A stretch of DNA of 64,000 nt from Nitrospirales bacterium. GTDB taxonomy: Bacteria; Nitrospirota; Nitrospiria; Nitrospirales; UBA8639. The position numbers and the translations under genes were made by a program. Numbering within the stretch: position 1 is the stretch's first letter; each line of letters begins with the position of its first letter. Below the pieces are notes generated by a model. The model had not been told where the DNA came from. It did no database searches and saw only the letters and a list, made by a program, of their open reading frames with translations. The DNA lies in the NCBI GenBank assembly GCA_965203295.1, contig CBDBCZ010000019.1, forward strand, positions 928,001 to 992,000. Direction: 5' to 3'. Positions 61,985 to 64,000 of the stretch are shown piece by piece.

Positions 61985-62790
61985 GCGGATCCTTCTTGAA
62001 ATCATCAAGGGATGAAAAAGAATTTCGACGCCGTCGAGGTGTTCATCTTATTCCGAATTTGTTAACAACGGGGAACCTATTTAGTGGGTTAGCCTCCGTG
62101 GTGTTCGTCTTTCATGAGCGTTTTGAAGCGGCAGCCATCGCCATATTGGTCGCGATGGTCTTTGACGTATTGGATGGAACATCGGCCCGTCTGATGAATA
62201 GCACGAGTGAATTCGGCGTTGAGTATGATTCTCTGGCCGATCTCATATCCTTTGGTCTGGCTCCTGGTCTGCTGATTTATGCGTGGGCCTTGAAAACGCC
62301 GGGGATGTTGGGAGCTGCGGTCATGTTTGCGTATGTCGCATGTGGAGCTTTGAGGTTGGCCCGCTTTAATGTTATGGGCAGTAGTGGGGATAGTAAATAT
62401 TTTACTGGTCTCCCCATTCCAGCAGCAGCAGGCTTAATTGCGACTCTCTTAATCTTCGATAACCGATTATTGGGAATGGAGGTCATGCTCAGACCAATTG
62501 TTGCCTTGATCGTGACCTTCTTCCTTTCGTTTTTGATGGTGAGCACGGTTAAGTATCGCAGCCTGAAACAGTTGAAATTTCAGGGGCATCATCACTTTAT
62601 GTATTTGGTTTGGGCTGTTTTGCTTCTGGTCTTGGTGATTGCTTATCCTCAACTGATGCTTTTTGTGGTGTCTGCAGGGTATGCTCTATCCGGGTTGGTC
62701 GAAAAGGCATTTTCTTCCAGTATGAAAGTCTTCGGACGACGCGGACAGACTCACGGGGCGTCTCAACCCACTTTTGAGTCTAAAGAATAG
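61981..62790 (+). CDS. pssA: CDP-diacylglycerol-serine O-phosphatidyltransferase
   Basis: IPNLLT, DVLDG..AR, DSLADLISFG, RLARFN, FTGLPIP. Confidence 0.93.
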   Translation: MSGSFLKSSRDEKEFRRRRGVHLIPNLLTTGNLFSGLASVVFVFHERFEAAAIAILVAMVFDVLDGTSARLMNSTSEFGVEYDSLADLISFGLAPGLLIYAWALKTPGMLGAAVMFAYVACGALRLARFNVMGSSGDSKYFTGLPIPAAAGLIATLLIFDNRLLGMEVMLRPIVALIVTFFLSFLMVSTVKYRSLKQLKFQGHHHFMYLVWAVLLLVLVIAYPQLMLFVVSAGYALSGLVEKAFSSSMKVFGRRGQTHGASQPTFESKE

Positions 62791-62910
62791 TCTTATGATA
62801 TTTAAGAAAGCACAATCTCTTCTATCCCTACCGGTCAACTTATGCGATAGCGCATGTCAATTACGTGTGAACATGTCCACGAACCGGTAAAGGAAACCTC
62901 GAGATGGGTG

Positions 62911-62949
62911 AACAGCCTTCATCCCTGTCGGGGTGAAGGCTGTTTTTTT
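62911..62949 (+). terminator. Intrinsic terminator immediately upstream of the leuA RBS
   Basis: AACAGCCTTCA...TGAAGGCTGTT plus T-run, then GGAGG. Confidence 0.72.
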
Positions 62950-62963
62950 AGGAGGGTACAACG

Positions 62964-64000
62964 ATGACGAGAATGATCCGTATTTTCGATACAACGTTGC
63001 GAGATGGTGAGCAATCTCCAGGCGCAAATATGAATATTGAAGAGAAAGTATTGGTTGCAAAACAATTGGCTCGGTTGGGGGTCGACATCATCGAAGCCGG
63101 GTTTGCCTTTAGTTCACCTGGAGATTTTGAGGCCGTCAGGAGGATTGCTCATGATGTCGAGGGTCCAACCGTATGCAGTCTGGCGCGAGCCAAGGTGGAG
63201 GATATTGATCGCGCATGGGAAGCCTTGAAAGGGGTTCCTAAAGTCCGAATACATACCTTTTTGTCCACCTCCGATATTCATTTGAAGCACCAGTTCAGAA
63301 TGAGTCGGGAAGAGGCCATGAAGCGGGCTGTTGCCATGGTTGAGCATGCTCGTCAATATGTGGAGGATGTCGAGTTTTCCCCAATGGATGCCACGAGGTC
63401 AGATATCTCTTATCTTTGTGAAGTGGTGGAAGCGGTGATTGATGCTGGGGCGGGAACGGTCAATATTCCAGATACTGTGGGATATACCACTCCTCAGGAA
63501 TTTGGACAGATTATTCGGACGTTGCGGGAGAAAGTCCCTAATTGCGACCGGGCCGTGATTTCTGTGCATTGCCACAATGATTTGGGCTTGGCCGTGGCGA
63601 ACTCTATGTCGGCAGTCTATTCAGGGGCGGGACAAGTCGAGTGCACCGTGAATGGAATTGGTGAGCGCGCAGGAAACGCTTCCTTGGAAGAAATTGCCAT
63701 GGGATTGAGAACTCGAAAAGATTTTTATCAGGCCGACACGGGCATCACCACGGAAGAAATTTCGAAGACCAGTCGGTTGGTGAGTAGAATAACCGGGATG
63801 GTGGTGCAGCCTAACAAAGCGATTGTGGGGGCCAATGCCTTTGCTCATACCTCCGGGATTCATCAGGATGGTCTGCTCAAAGAAAAAAACACCTATGAAA
63901 TCATGTGCCCTGAATCTATAGGGCTCAGTCATAGCCGAAACGTCATGGGCAAACTATCAGGGCGCCATGCCTTTCGGGAGGAACTCACCAATTTGGGCTA
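62964..64000 (+). CDS. leuA: 2-isopropylmalate synthase (partial; runs off window)
   Basis: Manual translation [20 protein letters not shown]...HCHNDLG...NGIGERAGN...HTSGIHQDG. Confidence 0.95.
   Translation, partial: MTRMIRIFDTTLRDGEQSPGANMNIEEKVLVAKQLARLGVDIIEAGFAFSSPGDFEAVRRIAHDVEGPTVCSLARAKVEDIDRAWEALKGVPKVRIHTFLSTSDIHLKHQFRMSREEAMKRAVAMVEHARQYVEDVEFSPMDATRSDISYLCEVVEAVIDAGAGTVNIPDTVGYTTPQEFGQIIRTLREKVPNCDRAVISVHCHNDLGLAVANSMSAVYSGAGQVECTVNGIGERAGNASLEEIAMGLRTRKDFYQADTGITTEEISKTSRLVSRITGMVVQPNKAIVGANAFAHTSGIHQDGLLKEKNTYEIMCPESIGLSHSRNVMGKLSGRHAFREELTNLG

Overview
Bacterial chromosomal segment. Gene content and protein families point to Nitrospirota, probably a marine Nitrospirales lineage; this is an inference. 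Housekeeping blocks are accA-dnaE, a dpp/opp ABC transporter, gltA-sdhABE, purC, bioF and ilvBNC-psd-pssA-leuA. They surround three accessory regions. (1) A ~23 kb phosphate island: phoBR, pstSCAB-phoU, ppk1, CYTH-CHAD, IMPase/hisN, ppx, a phosphate porin, and a second pstSCAB coupled to an ArsR regulator. It carries three 11-bp-periodic Pho-box-like arrays. (2) Three co-oriented orphan ORFs at 38.2-41.3 kb, each bracketed by its own complementary GTTAG.../...CTAAC core pair like integron cassettes. They are separated by ~300-bp non-canonical spacers and no integrase is present in the window; this is the best candidate for an undescribed system. (3) A putative lysine-catabolic operon. About ten accessory genes carry nonsense or frameshift lesions while core genes are intact, suggesting ongoing genome erosion or assembly error. 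No rRNA, tRNA or CRISPR array was recognised.
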